NCBI GenBank assembly: GCA_965660855.1
Contig: CBFIBM010000001.1
Location: forward strand, 32,001-96,000
DNA length: 64,000 nt
Source: an uncultured bacterium
GTDB lineage: Bacteria > Fidelibacterota > Marinisomatia > Marinisomatales > UBA1611
Reading direction: 5' to 3'
Both the position numbers and the translations under genes were made by a program. A model generated the notes under the pieces. That model was not told the origin of the DNA. It ran no database searches and saw nothing but the letters and a program-made list of their open reading frames with translations. Shown piece by piece: positions 8,251-17,823 of this stretch. How positions within the stretch are numbered: the first letter of the stretch is position 1; each line of letters begins with the position of its first letter.

Positions 8251-9873
8251 TTGAATATACTATTTAAAGCCATATTAACTTTTCTGTTATCTTTCAATAT
8301 TTTAATGGGAGATAAGAGCAATGTTATCCCTAAACCAATACCCGTTCCTCAAAATTTATTAGTCGAGAGAAAAGTTGATAATCTAAGTATTGATGAAACT
8401 AGAAATCGTCTCCCTGAAATCCTATCAGATGCTAAATTATTGATGTCAGAAATCATTATCTCGGATTTCAATAAAGATACTTTAGAAGTTGCATTTTTGA
8501 TGAGCCGTGTTTTTGAACTTCTCATGGAAGCTGACCAAATTGGAGAAAAAAACCTAGAGGATAAAGAAGAGTTTGATAGATTTAATGGAACCTTTAAAGA
8601 CTTATATACTCAAAAGTTAACCACAGTCCAAAATCCAAATACACCAGTTATGGCCGAAAAAGTATGGACCGAAGTAACCGAAGCAATTGAAATTGAAATG
8701 GGTGAAACTAGTCTTACAATTATTGATGATAGAGATGGCCACATTCCTCTTGTACGAACAAAACAAGTTGACCAATTTATTAATTATTTTCAAACAAAAG
8801 GTCGAAAGCAGTTTCAAATTTGGTTAGAAAGGCATGAAAAATATAAAGGCTTAATACTTCCAATCCTTGCTGAACATGGTATGCCTGAAGAATTTATTTA
8901 TTTAGCAATGATTGAATCAGGGTTAAACCCAAAGGCATATAGTAAGGCTAATGCTTCAGGGATGTGGCAGTTTATTTTAGCGACTGGTAAGCAATATGGA
9001 CTTTCAAGGGACTGGTATAAAGACGAGAGACGAGATCCTGTTAAAGCAACACATGCAGCGTGTAAATACTTAACGGATTTGAATACTAAATTTGATAATT
9101 GGTATCTAGCATTAGCGGCTTATAATTGTGGTGAAGGTAGAGTGTTAAGAGCTTCTAAGCTTCATCAAACTTATGATTTTTGGCAAATGCATTCACTTCC
9201 AAGAGAGACTAAAAATTATATACCATATTTTTTATCAGCTGCAATAATCGCAAGGACACCAGAAGCGTATGGTTTTAAGATTCCTAAAAATGTAAAGCCA
9301 TTTGAGTATGAAACAATAATTTTAAAGAAAAGTGCAGATATTGCAGTTCTAGCAAGAGTAGCAGGACTTAAGCCCAATGTATTAAGAGAGTATAATCCAG
9401 AATTAAGACAATCTGCTACTCCTTCAGATGGTAATTATTCTTTGAAACTTCCGAAAGGTGTAAAAAATAGGTTTTTAGTTGCTTGGAATGCAATACCAGA
9501 AGAAGAGAGATTCGCGCCTCAATTTGTTGTACATAGGGTTAAGTACGGTGAAAGTTTATGGACCATATCAAAGAAATATAGTGTGTCCATACATGACTTA
9601 GCTTCAGTAAATAAAATAAGAAATAGAAATAAAGTTAAAGTTGGCCAAAAATTAAATGTTCCACTGAAAGGCGGCAGAACATGGGGTAGTAGAGATAATG
9701 GAGGACCTCCTGGACATTCTAAAAGGGTATATAAGGTAAAAAGAGGAGATACACTGGGGCAAATTGCTGAAAATTTCAAAACTCGTGCTAGTAAAATCAG
9801 GCGATGGAACAATATGAAATATGGTTCTCATCTTATCAGACCGGGACAGAAACTTGTTATATGGGTCAAATAG
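8251..9873 (+). CDS. mltD: Membrane-bound lytic murein transglycosylase D-like (SLT domain plus LysM repeats)
   Basis: LAMIESG, GMWQF, ALAAYNCG, PRETKNY; C-terminal LysM domains (HRVKYGESL, YKVKRGDTL). Confidence 0.92.
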   Translation: MNILFKAILTFLLSFNILMGDKSNVIPKPIPVPQNLLVERKVDNLSIDETRNRLPEILSDAKLLMSEIIISDFNKDTLEVAFLMSRVFELLMEADQIGEKNLEDKEEFDRFNGTFKDLYTQKLTTVQNPNTPVMAEKVWTEVTEAIEIEMGETSLTIIDDRDGHIPLVRTKQVDQFINYFQTKGRKQFQIWLERHEKYKGLILPILAEHGMPEEFIYLAMIESGLNPKAYSKANASGMWQFILATGKQYGLSRDWYKDERRDPVKATHAACKYLTDLNTKFDNWYLALAAYNCGEGRVLRASKLHQTYDFWQMHSLPRETKNYIPYFLSAAIIARTPEAYGFKIPKNVKPFEYETIILKKSADIAVLARVAGLKPNVLREYNPELRQSATPSDGNYSLKLPKGVKNRFLVAWNAIPEEERFAPQFVVHRVKYGESLWTISKKYSVSIHDLASVNKIRNRNKVKVGQKLNVPLKGGRTWGSRDNGGPPGHSKRVYKVKRGDTLGQIAENFKTRASKIRRWNNMKYGSHLIRPGQKLVIWVK

Positions 9874-9913
9874 ATTCCATAAATTAATACATACCAAATC
9901 AATGTGAGGCAAT

Positions 9914-10201
9914 ATGATAAAACAAGAAATAGTAGATATAGTCTCTGAAGCAACTGGTTTGACAAAAGTTGAAACAGAGATAGTGATAAATGGTGTAATG
10001 GGAACTATAATTGAATCATTGGCTAATAATGAGCGTGTTGAATTAAGAGGTTTTGGAACATTTGGTATAAAACATAGAATGCCCAAAAAAGCTAGAAATC
10101 CCGGTACTGGCGAACCAATATATTTACCAGAAAGGTTTGTTCCAACCTTTAAACCAAGTAAATTAATGCGAAATAAAGTAAATGATTTAATCAATAAATA
10201 A
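9914..10201 (+). CDS. HU/IHF family DNA-binding protein
   Basis: VELRGFGTF, ARNPGTGE, PTFKPS motifs. Confidence 0.95.
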   Translation: MIKQEIVDIVSEATGLTKVETEIVINGVMGTIIESLANNERVELRGFGTFGIKHRMPKKARNPGTGEPIYLPERFVPTFKPSKLMRNKVNDLINK

Positions 10202-10212
10202 ATGGAAACTAA

Positions 10213-10308
10213 ATGCCAAGTGGTAAAAAAAGAAAAAAGAAAAAGATGAATACTCATAAACGTAAAAAACGTTTGAGAGCTAATCGTCACAAGAAAAAAG
10301 ATAATTAA
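10213..10308 (+). CDS. Small basic ribosomal protein bS22 (AURKAIP1/COX24/mS38-like), 31 aa, absent from the ORF track
   Basis: Reads MPSGKKRKKKKMNTHKRKKRLRANRHKKKDN*, matching the Bacteroidetes-type bS22 pattern MPSGKKRK...THKRKKR.R.NRHKKK. Confidence 0.88.
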   Translation: MPSGKKRKKKKMNTHKRKKRLRANRHKKKDN

Positions 10309-10311
10309 TAG

Positions 10312-10350
10312 ATAGAGTTTTGGATTAAAATTCAGAGCTCTATTTATTTT
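10312..10350 (+). terminator. Probable intrinsic terminator after HU-bS22
   Basis: Stem ATAGAGTTTTGGA / TTCAGAGCTCTAT (with G-U pairs), followed by TTATTTT. Confidence 0.55.
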
Positions 10351-10372
10351 ATCACAGTCGAACGCTAGTAAA

Positions 10373-11587
10373 ATGCAAGAAAAAACCTCTTTCTTGACGG
10401 TATCAAGCCTTAATTCTAAAATTAAAAATGTTTTAGAGGGTGATTTTCAAAACATCATGGTTAGAGGTGAAATCTCAAATTTCCATCTTCACCCATCATC
10501 TGGGCATATGTATTTCACACTAAAAGATGTTAAAAGTGAAATTAAATGTGTAATGTTTAAAGGAAATAATCTCAATTTAAAATTTAAACCAGGTAATGGA
10601 ATGAAAGTCCATTTAAGTGGCTCACTAACCATTTATGAACAAAGAGGTCAGATCCAACTGAGAATCATAGACATGAGCCCTGAGGGTGATGGAGATTTAT
10701 TTCTAGCATACGAATTATTGAAAAAAAATCTTTATAAGGAAGGTCTATTTGAGGTTAGTAATAAAAAGATCATTCCAAAATATCCCAGAATCATAGGTAT
10801 TGTAACATCAATTACAAGCGCAGCATTTCAAGATATTCTTAGTATTATTGAGCGCAGAGCACCTCACTTGGAGATTATTGTAAGATCTGTAATTGTACAA
10901 GGAGAATCTGGTTCGAAAAATATTATTTCAGGAATTAAAGATTTTAATAAATATGGCATTGTTGATACTATTATTCTTGCCAGAGGTGGTGGATCTTTAG
11001 AAGATTTATGGTGTTTTAATGAGGAGAGTGTAGCAAGAGCTATTTATAAATCTAAAATTCCTATAATTTCTGGTATAGGGCATGAGACTGACTTTACTAT
11101 TGCCGACTTTGTATCAGATTTAAGAGCACCAACTCCTTCTGCAGCTGCAGAATTAGTTTCTCCTGATAAAGAAAGTATTCTTACTTTATTTCACCAAATA
11201 AAACATCAATTAAAATCTTCTGCATTAAAAAAAATAGAAGGATATTTAATTAGATTAGATTACATAGAAAATAGGGCAAATCTCCAGCAACCCGGTAAGA
11301 AAATTAAGATTCAACTTGATAAAATTACAGAAATTCAAAAAAATTTGATAATGTTCACCAAAAATAAAATAATAAAAAAGAAACAAGAAATTTCATCCAT
11401 AACTCGACAATTATTAAATTTAAGCCCTGAAAATGTTTTAAAACGTGGTTATTCAATTGTCTTTAAAGAAGATGGGAAAACTATTCTGAGTAACTCAGAA
11501 GATGTTGCTTTAAATGAAACATTCAAAGTTAAAATGGCAAAGGGATTAATAATTGCAAAAAAATCTGGTGAACATAAAAATAAATAA
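10373..11587 (+). CDS. xseA: Exodeoxyribonuclease VII large subunit
   Basis: VRGEISN, SGHMYFTLKD, ARGGGSLEDLW, GIGHETD, RAPTPSAAAE. Confidence 0.97.
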   Translation: MQEKTSFLTVSSLNSKIKNVLEGDFQNIMVRGEISNFHLHPSSGHMYFTLKDVKSEIKCVMFKGNNLNLKFKPGNGMKVHLSGSLTIYEQRGQIQLRIIDMSPEGDGDLFLAYELLKKNLYKEGLFEVSNKKIIPKYPRIIGIVTSITSAAFQDILSIIERRAPHLEIIVRSVIVQGESGSKNIISGIKDFNKYGIVDTIILARGGGSLEDLWCFNEESVARAIYKSKIPIISGIGHETDFTIADFVSDLRAPTPSAAAELVSPDKESILTLFHQIKHQLKSSALKKIEGYLIRLDYIENRANLQQPGKKIKIQLDKITEIQKNLIMFTKNKIIKKKQEISSITRQLLNLSPENVLKRGYSIVFKEDGKTILSNSEDVALNETFKVKMAKGLIIAKKSGEHKNK

Positions 11588-11592
11588 ATATC

Positions 11593-11817
11593 ATGAAAAA
11601 CAAAAAGAGCTCAATAGAAAAAACAATATTAAACCTTGAAAAAATAGTTGCTAAAATGGAAATGGGTGAAGGTAGCCTTGAGGATAATATTAAATGGTTT
11701 GATGAAGGGATTAAATTGATCAATGATTGCCGAGATGAATTAGAAAGCTCTGAAAAACGAGTAAAAGAGTTAATCAAGAATAGTGAAGGCTCTTTTGAAT
11801 TAAAAAATATTGAATGA
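11593..11817 (+). CDS. xseB: Exodeoxyribonuclease VII small subunit
   Basis: LEKIVAKME.GE.SLED...F.EG.KL...C pattern; follows xseA. Confidence 0.93.
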   Translation: MKNKKSSIEKTILNLEKIVAKMEMGEGSLEDNIKWFDEGIKLINDCRDELESSEKRVKELIKNSEGSFELKNIE

Positions 11818-12695
11818 AAAATATCTCCACATTTGGTATCTGGGGAAATACTGATAAAAAATCATTTTGGAGAGTTTTTCCTGATATTTTGATATGGTCA
11901 AGAACTAAAAACCTTACCCCCTTAGTAACAAAGCGAATTTTTAAACATCCAAATTTTAATAATAAAAACTTAGATGTAATAAATAGTGTTGATGAGATTA
12001 ATGATCTGGACTTTATTTTAGTGCTTGGTGGGGATGGTACTTTTCTTTCGCTTGCTAGGAATATGAAAAATTGTAAAACGCCCATATTAGGTGTCCATTT
12101 AGGAGATTTAGGTTTTTTAGCTAAAGTTACATTAAGTGATCTTTTTCATCGATTGGATCAAGTAGCAAAAGGAGATTTCATTTTAGAAGATCGTATCTTA
12201 ATACAGTCTATTTTAGAAAAAACAGATATTGATTTAAAGTATTATGCACTAAATGATTTTGTTTTAAGTAATGCAGAATTTCATAGAATGCTTAATACTA
12301 CCGTCATGGTGGATAACCATTTAGTTGGTAATTATAAAGCTGATGGTGTTATTGTTTCAACTCCTACAGGATCAACTGCATATTCATTATCTGCAGGAGG
12401 TCCAATAGTAACACCAGAGGTTGATTCAATAATTATTACTCCAACTGCAGCACACTCTTTAACCTCAAGGCCATTAGTGATTCCCTCAAATGCTAAAATA
12501 ACAATAAAGTTTACCAATAATACTGACCCTGTGTTATTTACTGCAGATGGACAAATTCATGAAACACTAAATCCTGAAAATATTGTTCGAATTACTAAAG
12601 CTGATTTTAAAGTACATTTAATCAGTTTTATTGATAATGATTATTTTCAAAATTTAAGAAAAAAGATGGGATGGGGTAAACGAGGTGAAAATTAA
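11814..12695 (+). CDS. nadK: NAD(+) kinase
   Basis: LGGDGT, GDLGFL, ALND, ADGVIVSTPTGSTAYSLSAGGP, DGQ. Confidence 0.96.
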   Translation: MKNISTFGIWGNTDKKSFWRVFPDILIWSRTKNLTPLVTKRIFKHPNFNNKNLDVINSVDEINDLDFILVLGGDGTFLSLARNMKNCKTPILGVHLGDLGFLAKVTLSDLFHRLDQVAKGDFILEDRILIQSILEKTDIDLKYYALNDFVLSNAEFHRMLNTTVMVDNHLVGNYKADGVIVSTPTGSTAYSLSAGGPIVTPEVDSIIITPTAAHSLTSRPLVIPSNAKITIKFTNNTDPVLFTADGQIHETLNPENIVRITKADFKVHLISFIDNDYFQNLRKKMGWGKRGEN

Positions 12696-12697
12696 AA

Positions 12698-13462
12698 TTA
12701 TTTAAATTCTTTCCATCCATCGAATTTCATATGTATTTGAGAATTAAATTTAGGTTTTTTAATATACTCGTTGTCTCCTTTTTTGCCGGATAAATGTATA
12801 CATTTCCAATTATCTCGAATTACTAAAGTTGATGTTGGAATTATCCTTAAAGTTAGGCCTATCCTCCAGTCACTTGAATAATTAGGATTAGATCCATGTA
12901 TTATATTTGGATTATGAACAGATATATCTCCAGGATTTAAGTTTATGTTTTTTGCATTTCTTGTATTTATGTCTTTCTTATCAATTCCTAAGTCTAAAAC
13001 ATATTTTTCTGGATTTAGTTTCATCATTTTTGATGGGTGAAGAATTTTTTTTTTCTGGGAGCCAGGTATTACTTTCATGCATCCATTATTTTTGTTTGAG
13101 TACGTTCCTGCAACCCATAATGATATTACTTTCATAGGATCTAATGGCCAATATGATCCATCTTGATGCCATCCTACAGGTCGGCCATTGTATGGTTTTT
13201 TTGCGATGTAGTGTGCTCCAAACAGGGCAAAATCTGGTCCCAGATAATGTTTTGAAATTTCAGTTATGCAATCTTGGTTGAGAATATGATGTATGAAAGG
13301 ATCTCCAACAAGCATATCATGATGAAATGCTTCTGGTCTAGTTTGAGGGTAAAGGTTGGATAAGAATTTCACGTGATTTTGCATTTCTTCAGTAATCTTA
13401 TCTGATAATGCATTATGGTAAATAGTATACCCTAGTCTTTCAAAATTTTTGTCGTGGTTCAT
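12698..13462 (-). CDS. Phytanoyl-CoA dioxygenase (PhyH) family Fe(II)/2-oxoglutarate oxygenase
   Basis: WHQD (HxD), NGCMKVIPGS, IHGS..N.S..WR motifs. Confidence 0.88.
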   Translation of the reverse strand: MNHDKNFERLGYTIYHNALSDKITEEMQNHVKFLSNLYPQTRPEAFHHDMLVGDPFIHHILNQDCITEISKHYLGPDFALFGAHYIAKKPYNGRPVGWHQDGSYWPLDPMKVISLWVAGTYSNKNNGCMKVIPGSQKKKILHPSKMMKLNPEKYVLDLGIDKKDINTRNAKNINLNPGDISVHNPNIIHGSNPNYSSDWRIGLTLRIIPTSTLVIRDNWKCIHLSGKKGDNEYIKKPKFNSQIHMKFDGWKEFK

Positions 13463-13465
13463 TTT

Positions 13466-13867
13466 TTATTTATACAGTTCTATATGTCGCCTCATTAAAC
13501 AATCATCCATAATAATCATAATATTTTTATCATTTGCTAGATTAAAAGCCTCGATGGAGTGCACTCCATCTTGCATCCAAATAGCTGCGACATTAATCGA
13601 AATTGCTTCTTCCACAACAGGATAAACAAAATTTGAATTTCTAAATATATTTACTATATCAATCTTTTGTTTTATTTGAGTCAAGTTCTTGTAGCATTTT
13701 TTACCATCTATAGAACTATGGTTGGGGTTAACAGGTATAATATTGTAACCATTCACTTGCATGTACGATGATACATAGTTTGAAGCTCTCTCTTTTTTTG
13801 GGCTAAATCCAACAACTGCAATTGTTTTAAGAGAAAATATTTTTTTATAAATTTCTATATTACTCAT
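13466..13867 (-). CDS. CoA-binding domain protein (YccU-like); start moved to MSNIEIY
   Basis: TIAVVGFS, IIPVNP, DIVNIFR, IWMQDG, DCL motifs. The ATG at 13867 overlaps the end of the proline dehydrogenase gene. Confidence 0.88.
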   Translation of the reverse strand: MSNIEIYKKIFSLKTIAVVGFSPKKERASNYVSSYMQVNGYNIIPVNPNHSSIDGKKCYKNLTQIKQKIDIVNIFRNSNFVYPVVEEAISINVAAIWMQDGVHSIEAFNLANDKNIMIIMDDCLMRRHIELYK

Positions 13868-14765
13868 CCTTGAATAAATTGTATAAAACATAGCTAGCAA
13901 TCTTAGGGTTTTCATTTAATCTTCTAAGGGAATAATCATACCAGTCAGGTCCGAAGGGAACATAGATCCGAACTTTAAATCCATTCTCTTTTAATTTTTC
14001 AAGCATTCCACCCATAGGTACACCATAAAGGCACTGGAATTCAAACAACTCTTTAGATATATTATCATTCTTTATCCATTCTAATAGTTCCTTTATAAGT
14101 TGTTTATCATGAGTGGCATATGCACAAAAAACATTGTTCCTTGCCATTTTTTTTGCTGAAAGAATGAAATTTTTTACTATGTCTTCCTTATTTTTGAAAG
14201 CAATAGTGTCTTTTTCATCATAAATACCTTTGCATAATCTGATATTACTTTCAGGGTATTTATATAATTCATCAAGGTCTGATTGAGTTCGAAATAAATA
14301 AGCCTGTATAACGATACCAATATTTGAATTTTTTGATTTGAAAAATTTATAGATGCTAATTGTATCATCGGTATTTTCTGAGCTTTCCATATCCAATCTT
14401 AAAAAATTATTAGTTTTATCAGCCTTTTCTGTAAGTATTTTTATATTTTTCATTACTTCCGCCTTTGATATATCAAGACCTAAATGTGTTGGTTTAACTG
14501 ATATAGTGCAGTCAAGGTTGTGATCAAAAATCTTATCATAAAGTAGACAATAATCATTGGTTATTTTCCTAGCTTCAGATTTTGTTTTGATATGTTCACC
14601 TAGAATATCAACTGTAGCTAAAAAACCTTTTTTATTTAAGGTTTTAACCTTTTGGATTACTTCTTCAATCGTTTCACCTGCTACATATGGGCTGGCAAAA
14701 GGTTTAGCAAACCACTTTGGTAAAAGAGGAAGTGTTTTAGTTATTAAAAAGTTGAAAATTATCAT
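13860..14765 (-). CDS. Monofunctional proline dehydrogenase (PutB/ProDH); probable start MIIFNF
   Basis: YVAGE, DILGE, SVKPTHLG, RLDME, QAYLFR, RLCKGIY, ATHD, VRIYVPFG, RRLNENP. Confidence 0.93.
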   Translation of the reverse strand: MIIFNFLITKTLPLLPKWFAKPFASPYVAGETIEEVIQKVKTLNKKGFLATVDILGEHIKTKSEARKITNDYCLLYDKIFDHNLDCTISVKPTHLGLDISKAEVMKNIKILTEKADKTNNFLRLDMESSENTDDTISIYKFFKSKNSNIGIVIQAYLFRTQSDLDELYKYPESNIRLCKGIYDEKDTIAFKNKEDIVKNFILSAKKMARNNVFCAYATHDKQLIKELLEWIKNDNISKELFEFQCLYGVPMGGMLEKLKENGFKVRIYVPFGPDWYDYSLRRLNENPKIASYVLYNLFKDE

Positions 14766-14843
14766 ATTACCAATATTAATTAAACACTGTGGTAGAACCA
14801 ATTAGTTTCATTTCAAAATTAATTTTATTTCTTTAAGTTTAAT

Positions 14844-14873
14844 TTGACTCTCCAAAACTTAGGTGAGTAACTT
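14844..14873 (+). promoter_or_regulatory. Putative promoter TTG-N21-TANNTT for the nuo-nqr operon
   Basis: TTG at 14844-14846, 21-nt spacer, TAACTT at 14868-14873. Confidence 0.35.
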
Positions 14874-14905
14874 CATAACTTACTATTAAGGATTTCGTTA
14901 AGAAT

Positions 14906-15322
14906 ATGTATAGAGATTTTGGAACTATTTTATTTGCCACATTGCTAGGAATTATTCTAGTTGCTGCTCCACTAATAATACAATGGCTTATATCACCCTC
15001 AAACAAGACTAGAGAGAAATTAGAAACCTATGAATGTGGGGAAGAAGTGGAAGGCTCTGCATGGCTTCAATTTAATATACGATTTTATGTGATAGCTCTA
15101 ATATTTCTAATTTTTGATGTTGAAGTAGTCTTTTTATTTCCATGGGCTGTAGTTTTTAAGGAAATGGGTTTATTGGCACTAGTTGAAATGGGCATTTTCC
15201 TCGCAATTCTATGTATAGGTCTTGCTTACGTGTGGGTTAAGTCTGATCTTGACTGGGTAAAAAGAAGAGTTCGTTACGGTACCGGAAGATATAAAAATAT
15301 TGCTATAAAAATGGAGAAGTGA
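14906..15322 (+). CDS. nuoA: NADH-quinone oxidoreductase subunit A
   Basis: [27 protein letters not shown]. Confidence 0.97.
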   Translation: MYRDFGTILFATLLGIILVAAPLIIQWLISPSNKTREKLETYECGEEVEGSAWLQFNIRFYVIALIFLIFDVEVVFLFPWAVVFKEMGLLALVEMGIFLAILCIGLAYVWVKSDLDWVKRRVRYGTGRYKNIAIKMEK

Positions 15323-15323
15323 A

Positions 15324-15815
15324 TTGGGATTATTAGAAAATAAATTTAATGATAACATCATCGTTGAGAAGCTTGATAAACTCTTAAGTTGGAGTAGATC
15401 AACGTCTCCTTGGTTTTTTCAATTTGGTACAGCTTGTTGTGCTATTGAGATGATGGCTGCTGCTGCAAGTCGCCATGATTTAATGAGGATTGGTATGATT
15501 CCAAGATCATCTCCTAGGCAAGCAGATGTTATGATAGTTGCTGGAACAGTAACTATGAAAATGGCTTTGAGAGTAAAGAAGCTTTACGAGCAAATGGCAG
15601 ACCCTAAATACGTTGTTGCAATGGGATCATGCGCCACAAGCGGAGGTCCATATTGGCAGCATGGATATCATGTTCTTAAAGGTGTTGATATTGTTATACC
15701 TGTTGATGTTTATGTACCTGGTTGTCCACCAAGACCTGAGGCCTTAATTGAAGGTCTATTGAAATTACAAGAGCAAATCCTTGAAGAAAGACCACTTACA
15801 AGAAAAATGGCATGA
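15324..15815 (+). CDS. nuoB: NADH-quinone oxidoreductase subunit B (TTG start)
   Basis: [28 protein letters not shown] (N2 cluster ligands). Confidence 0.97.
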   Translation: MGLLENKFNDNIIVEKLDKLLSWSRSTSPWFFQFGTACCAIEMMAAAASRHDLMRIGMIPRSSPRQADVMIVAGTVTMKMALRVKKLYEQMADPKYVVAMGSCATSGGPYWQHGYHVLKGVDIVIPVDVYVPGCPPRPEALIEGLLKLQEQILEERPLTRKMA

Positions 15816-16711
15816 GTCCTGATACTGAAAAAATAATAATTGAGCTAGTCTTAAAAGCCCTTAATGGGGATATGGATAGCATTAACAACCTTGATGATCG
15901 CGTTCTGCGTTCTAAAGCAAAAGCTGCACTTTTCAAGGCTAAAAAAGATCCTGATGCCTACAGAGAAAAATATTCAAAGGGCAGTATTCAGAATGATAAT
16001 GAAAACAATCTCAAAAATGATCCAATAACAAACTATGTACTCAAGGGTCTCGATGGAGACATGGATCAAATAAATGCTATAGAAGACCGTGTTTTGAGAG
16101 GGAAGGTTAAAGCTGCACTTGTTAAAGCTAAAAAAGATCCAAAAAGTTTCAAAATGCAGTTAGGCTTGAAAGAAGTAAAGAAGCAAACAATTGAATTAGA
16201 TGAAGAAAAGGTCGATATTGAGGAATCTACAAATCAAAAAATTAAAAAATTAGCGCTAGAGAAATTTCCTCAATCAATTTTGAATGATGATGTTGAAAAA
16301 TTTCTGTTAGTTGATCCAAAAAGTTGGTCAAGCTTGTCCGCTTATTTGAAAACAGAAGAAAGTCTATTTTTTGATTCTCTTCAATGCCAAACTGGGTTTG
16401 ACCTTGGTGAAGGCTTATTGGAAGCAAGGTACAATTTGCATTCAATGAAACATGATCATTACACAGAAATTAGAATTCAAGTAACAAAAGATAATCCTAG
16501 AATACCTTCTGTTGAGGAAGTATGGAGGATTGCAGATTGGTTTGAAAGAGAGACATATGACATGTTAGGAATTCATTTTGATGGGCATAGAGATATGCGG
16601 CGGATTTTATTACCAGATGATTGGGAAGGTTGGCCACTAAGGAAGGACTATGAGGTTCAAGAAACATACCATGGTATTGTTATACCAAAGATGAAGGAAG
16701 GATGGGAGTAA
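15812..16711 (+). CDS. nuoC: NADH-quinone oxidoreductase subunit C with a long N-terminal extension
   Basis: C-terminal [19 protein letters not shown]...[18 protein letters not shown]. The first ~140 aa are not NuoC core and contain a duplicated module. Confidence 0.93.
   Translation: MSPDTEKIIIELVLKALNGDMDSINNLDDRVLRSKAKAALFKAKKDPDAYREKYSKGSIQNDNENNLKNDPITNYVLKGLDGDMDQINAIEDRVLRGKVKAALVKAKKDPKSFKMQLGLKEVKKQTIELDEEKVDIEESTNQKIKKLALEKFPQSILNDDVEKFLLVDPKSWSSLSAYLKTEESLFFDSLQCQTGFDLGEGLLEARYNLHSMKHDHYTEIRIQVTKDNPRIPSVEEVWRIADWFERETYDMLGIHFDGHRDMRRILLPDDWEGWPLRKDYEVQETYHGIVIPKMKEGWE
15848..16141 (+). repeat. Two copies of a 35-aa module within the NuoC N-terminus
   Basis: [35 protein letters not shown] (15848-15952) vs [35 protein letters not shown] (16037-16141); 26 of 35 residues identical by my count. 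Confidence 0.92.
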
Positions 16712-17823
16712 TTAGAGGCGAAGAAATGGTCCTGAACATTGGGCCCCAGCACCCTGCAACGCATGGTGTTTTAAGATTGCAGGTAAAAACTGATGGAGAA
16801 ATTGTCTCAGAAATTAAACCGTATATTGGTTATTTGCATCGTTGTTTTGAAAAACATTGTGAAAATGTAACTTACGAACAAGTATTGCCATTCACAGATA
16901 GGTGTGACTATTTGGCATCTATGACAATGAATTTCGGTTATGTAGTTGCAATGGAAGAGCTAATGGAAATTAGAGTAAATGACCGCGTCCAGCATATTAG
17001 GGTTGTAATGGCTGAGTTGCAACGCATTGCTAGTCATCTACTCGGGCTTGGAGCATTTGGTTTAGATATTGGTGCATTTACACCTTTTCTTCATATGCTT
17101 AGAGATAGAGAAAGAATCCTTGATTTATTTGAAATGACATGTGGAGCAAGGTTATTATATAATTATATGTGGATTGGTGGTTTGAGCCATGATTTACCTG
17201 TAGGTTTTGTTGAATCAACCTATAAATTTTTAGATTATTTTGAGCCAAAGATTGATGAATTTGTAAATCTATTAGTCCATAACAAGATTTTTGTTGAAAG
17301 AACTGCAGATATTGGAGTTATGCCGCAAGAAGTAGCTATAAGCTATGGTGTTACTGGACCTAACCTTCGCGCATCCGGTCTGAATTGGGATTTGAGAAAG
17401 AATGATCCATATTCAATTTACAATAAATTTGATTTTAATATACCTGTAGGACAAGGTGGAAAAGGAACTGTTGGAGATTGTTGGGATCGATTTTATGTGC
17501 GAGTTCTTGAAATGAAAGAAAGTATAAAAATTGTCCGTCAAGCATTAGCTAGTATGCCAAAAGATGGAGATGTCCACCAATCGCTTCCAAAAAAGATTAA
17601 GCCTCCAATTGGGTCCATTTATAGAAGAACTGAATCACCTCGTGGAGACTTGGGATATTACATTGAAAGCGATGGCTCGAACGTACCATATCGACTAAAA
17701 ATGCGTTCCCCCGCCTTTACTGCTCTCTCTGTAATAGATGAAATTGCAGCGGGTTGGTTATTATCCGATGTTTTAGCTATTTTAGGAAGTTTAGATATTG
17801 TATTAGGTGAGATTGATAGATGA
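16702..17823 (+). CDS. nuoD: NADH-quinone oxidoreductase subunit D
   Basis: NIGPQHPATHGVLRL, GYLHR, ELQRIASH, ESPRG, SLDIVLGEIDR. Confidence 0.97.
   Translation: MGVIRGEEMVLNIGPQHPATHGVLRLQVKTDGEIVSEIKPYIGYLHRCFEKHCENVTYEQVLPFTDRCDYLASMTMNFGYVVAMEELMEIRVNDRVQHIRVVMAELQRIASHLLGLGAFGLDIGAFTPFLHMLRDRERILDLFEMTCGARLLYNYMWIGGLSHDLPVGFVESTYKFLDYFEPKIDEFVNLLVHNKIFVERTADIGVMPQEVAISYGVTGPNLRASGLNWDLRKNDPYSIYNKFDFNIPVGQGGKGTVGDCWDRFYVRVLEMKESIKIVRQALASMPKDGDVHQSLPKKIKPPIGSIYRRTESPRGDLGYYIESDGSNVPYRLKMRSPAFTALSVIDEIAAGWLLSDVLAILGSLDIVLGEIDR

Noticed and set aside
9652..10290. 212-aa minus-strand ORF
   Set aside because: Antisense shadow over mltD, HU and bS22, all well supported on the plus strand; no recognisable motifs.
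12698..13462. Possible Fe/2OG halogenase
   Set aside because: It retains the HxD facial-triad Asp (WHQD); halogenases have Ala or Gly there.
16702..17823. Possibility that the NuoD-like subunit is a group 4 [NiFe]-hydrogenase large subunit (extra Cys in HRCFEKHC and DRCDY)
   Set aside because: No RxCxxC or C-terminal DPCxxC motifs. It ends in SLDIVLGEIDR and keeps the quinone-site His/Tyr of NuoD.
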